Source: Methanothermococcus sp. Ax23 (GTDB taxonomy: Archaea > AGJL01 > Methanococci > Methanococcales > Methanococcaceae). From it: 64,000 nucleotides of DNA. Every line of letters begins with the position of its first letter. Position 1 is the first letter of the stretch. The DNA lies in the NCBI RefSeq assembly GCF_049075655.1, contig NZ_CP157522.1:320001-384000 (forward strand), read 5' to 3'. Below the pieces are notes generated by a model. The model searched no databases and had not been told where the DNA came from. It was given only the letters and a program-made list of their open reading frames with translations. Made by a program: the position numbers and the translations under genes. Shown piece after piece: positions 61,203 through 64,000 of the stretch.

Positions 61203-62144
61203 TTACTTTTTTGGTTTTAAAGGATATTCCATAAAATCCTCAGCAATAATGATATTAAGATTATCGTTTTCTGCATTAAGGTTATTAACCTCATTTATAT
61301 AATCATCCATTTTGTCATCATACCTTGCAGATATGTGGGTAAGTATGAGCTCCTCAACCCCCGCAATTTTTGCAATATTTACTGCATCCCCCACTGTTGA
61401 GTGCATTGTTTCTATGGCATTATTTTTTCTTGAACTGTCGAAAGTTGCCTCATGGATTAATATCCTACATCCCAATGATTTTAAAAATTCTCCAAAATCT
61501 TCAAGTGGTGTTGAATCTCCACTGTATCCTATACAAATTCCTTTTTTTGGTGGAAGAAGGACATCCTCTGGATACACTATTTTTCCATCCTTTGTTTTTA
61601 CTGGATTCCCATCCTTCAATCTTTTTAAATTTGGACCAACTTCAACTCCCAGTTCAATGGCTTTTTTTAAGTTTAACTGTGGTTTCTTTTTTTCTCTAAA
61701 AACATACCCTACTGTTGGAACTGAATGATTCATTGGATAGCAGTATATTTCGTATTTCTCAGTATCTACTATTTTCATAGGTGTTTCAGTAGATAATTCA
61801 TGCACTTGTATATTAAAATTTATTGAATGATACCCTATTTTTAAAATATTTTCAATGGTTTCCTTTGTTTCAGGTGGGCCATATATGTTAATAGGTTCCG
61901 TTCTTCCATTAAACCCTATTGATTGAAGAAGCCCCGGAAGTCCTAAAATATGGTCTCCATGAAGGTGGGTAATAAATATGTTGCTTATTTTCATGGGGGA
62001 TATATCTGTATATATTATTTGTCGCTGAGCTCCTTCACCGCAGTCAAATAAAAATATTTCTCCATCAAATTTAAGACCTATTGATGAATGATTCCTATTC
62101 TTCGTAGGAACAGCCGCCCCAGTCCCTAAAAAAACAATTTTCAT
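61203..62144 (-). CDS. rnz: Ribonuclease Z
   Basis: FLGTGA..P, DCGEG, THLHGDH, HEAT, THISARY. Confidence 0.96.
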   Translation of the reverse strand: MKIVFLGTGAAVPTKNRNHSSIGLKFDGEIFLFDCGEGAQRQIIYTDISPMKISNIFITHLHGDHILGLPGLLQSIGFNGRTEPINIYGPPETKETIENILKIGYHSINFNIQVHELSTETPMKIVDTEKYEIYCYPMNHSVPTVGYVFREKKKPQLNLKKAIELGVEVGPNLKRLKDGNPVKTKDGKIVYPEDVLLPPKKGICIGYSGDSTPLEDFGEFLKSLGCRILIHEATFDSSRKNNAIETMHSTVGDAVNIAKIAGVEELILTHISARYDDKMDDYINEVNNLNAENDNLNIIIAEDFMEYPLKPKK

Positions 62145-62194
62145 AGTATCCCACTTTGTTGATAGTGATGATGATAACGATAATAATATTTCAT

Positions 62195-62587
62195 TTACAG
62201 CATATCCTTAGTAATGTTTTCTAAATCCTCTTCATTCATCTCATCAATCCATCCCGTAACTTCTTTACACCATTTTTCCATTGTATCCTTTATAACCTCT
62301 TTCACTTCTGAAAAAGGAACTGCTTCATATTTGTAAAAATATCCGCCTTCTTTGAGATTTATCTGTTTTCTTTTTACAAGCCCTGCATTTACTAAGCTTT
62401 GGACAGACCTTTGGATGGTGCTTCTATCTCTATTGAGTAATTCTGCTATATCATTTACCCTTGATGCACCATTTTTTAACAGTGAGAGATACACTGCTAC
62501 ATCAAATGTTTTAATACCGAACATACAACACATTATACTCTCCAATGTAAATGTGGAGCAGGGTGTTTTAATCATTAATTTAGCCAC
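62195..62587 (-). CDS. TrmB/ArsR-like HTH regulator
   Basis: [25 protein letters not shown]. Confidence 0.8.
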   Translation of the reverse strand: MAKLMIKTPCSTFTLESIMCCMFGIKTFDVAVYLSLLKNGASRVNDIAELLNRDRSTIQRSVQSLVNAGLVKRKQINLKEGGYFYKYEAVPFSEVKEVIKDTMEKWCKEVTGWIDEMNEEDLENITKDML

Positions 62588-62737
62588 AATATCACCAAAA
62601 CTTAATTTATACTTAATAATTTAGTATATGATTGAATAATTTAGTATTATGGAAATTTATATATATTATTTTTTATAATATATAGATATAATACAATAAA
62701 ATGTTTAATTATATTCAATTGTAAATTGGGGGAAATT

Positions 62738-63127
62738 ATGAAAGTAAAAGAAGTTATGAATCCCATGATATATAAAATAAATGAAAATGAATCATTATAT
62801 GACGCATTTAAACTTATGAATGATAAGGGAATTAAAAGAATTTTTGTGGAAAATAAAGGCGAAATTGTAGGGGTTATAAGTTATAGGGATTTAGTAAATA
62901 TAATCATGAATAAAAGTATATCTGAATTACTAAATATAAACAGTAAAATTGAAGATATTGCTACAAAGGAAATTTTAAAGATAAATGAAAATGAAGATAT
63001 AAAAGACGTAGCTAAAATAATGGTTCATGCAGATGTATCCGCCATTCTTGTTGTAGATAATGATGATAATCCTGTGGGAGTAATATCTCAAACTGATATT
63101 TTACGTTCAATAGTTAAAGAATATTAA
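62738..63127 (+). CDS. CBS-domain protein
   Basis: Tandem CBS motifs GVISYRD / GVISQTD. Confidence 0.85.
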   Translation: MKVKEVMNPMIYKINENESLYDAFKLMNDKGIKRIFVENKGEIVGVISYRDLVNIIMNKSISELLNINSKIEDIATKEILKINENEDIKDVAKIMVHADVSAILVVDNDDNPVGVISQTDILRSIVKEY

Positions 63128-63220
63128 TAAAAAATAATTAAGAAATAATGAACAAAAAATTAAGAAATAAAAAATAAAAACCATAGAATTTTTAACATTA
63201 TAAAAAGAAAAGATGGAATT

Positions 63221-63694
63221 ATGGATTTGTATTTAATTGCACAAAATTTAATAAATGATTATGGATATTGGGGGATATTTCTCATAGCTTTTACTGAGTC
63301 ATTTATTCAACCTGTGCCACCGGATATATTTATAATGGGAGCTCCTGCATTTGGTTTAGACCCATTAACTTGTGCCATTATATCAACTATTGGTTCAATG
63401 TTTGGTGGGTTAACTGGACATTTTTTAGGCTATCGACTTGGAACACCTGCATTTATTAAACTTTTTGGAGAAAAATATTTAATAAAGGGAGAGGAATTCT
63501 TTGACAAATACGGCATTTGGGGTGTTTTAATAGCTGGATTTTCACCACTACCTTATAAAGTTGTGGCATGGCTTGCTGGAATCTTTGAAATGAAGATTTT
63601 GCATTTTAGTATAGGGACACTCATTGGTAGATTTCCAAGATTTTTACTTGTAGCATACTTCGGACATAGTGTTGCAGTATTCTTTGGGCTTTAA
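63221..63694 (+). CDS. YqaA/DedA (VTT) family membrane protein
   Basis: [24 protein letters not shown]. Confidence 0.85.
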   Translation: MDLYLIAQNLINDYGYWGIFLIAFTESFIQPVPPDIFIMGAPAFGLDPLTCAIISTIGSMFGGLTGHFLGYRLGTPAFIKLFGEKYLIKGEEFFDKYGIWGVLIAGFSPLPYKVVAWLAGIFEMKILHFSIGTLIGRFPRFLLVAYFGHSVAVFFGL

Positions 63695-63868
63695 AAAAAT
63701 ATACGATTATAAGATGATAAAATTCATATAATCTCTTTTTACAGTCTTTTCCTTTTAAACATAACTTTTATTCTATTTTACACATTTCATTTTATCACAA
63801 AAATATGCCTATATCATCAATAGCAACAATATTTATATAAAATATTTAAACAAGTTGTTAGGGGTATC

Positions 63869-64000
63869 ATGGAAAAAATAAAAATAGATACTGCGATATT
63901 TTTAATGTTTATAATTGTTGCAGTTTTGTTTTTACTGACAATAATTGAACCTTATAAGGTTGTATCCATAGTGGAGTGGAAAACCATATTTACATTATTC
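63869..64000 (+). CDS. Membrane transporter, N-terminal fragment (runs off window)
   Basis: MEKIKIDTAIFLMFIIVAVLFLL..IVEWKTIFTLF, ArsB/NhaD/SLC13-like start. Confidence 0.45.
   Translation, partial: MEKIKIDTAIFLMFIIVAVLFLLTIIEPYKVVSIVEWKTIFTLF

Overview
AT-rich archaeal chromosome segment from a Methanococcales methanogen (Methanothermococcus/Methanococcus-like, judged from atwA, tiaS, a Sec-containing selD with archaeal SECIS, an HrsM-type LysR regulator and GGTGA RBSs). Most of the window is housekeeping genes. The accessory content is: two IS1341-type tnpB-only IS200/IS605 elements (one splits a CGGC-domain gene), several non-autonomous IS200/IS605 derivatives that retain ends and an omegaRNA-like scaffold, a frameshifted IS5/IS982-like DDE element, a large N6-adenine MTase with a putative endonuclease, a frameshifted PIP-CTERM surface protein and several ncRNA candidates. 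Two patterns stand out. (1) A family of 37-51 bp double-hairpin micro-insertions lands repeatedly in other mobile elements. It occurs at IS605 subterminal hairpins, in frame in tnpB, as a frameshift in a transposase, and as a tandem array; one copy is present/absent between two sibling MITEs. (2) The palindrome GAGCTC is strongly over-represented, HIP1-style (about 80 sites by manual count versus about 4 expected). No rRNA, tRNA or CRISPR array was seen. Assignments are from motif recognition only; no searches were run.
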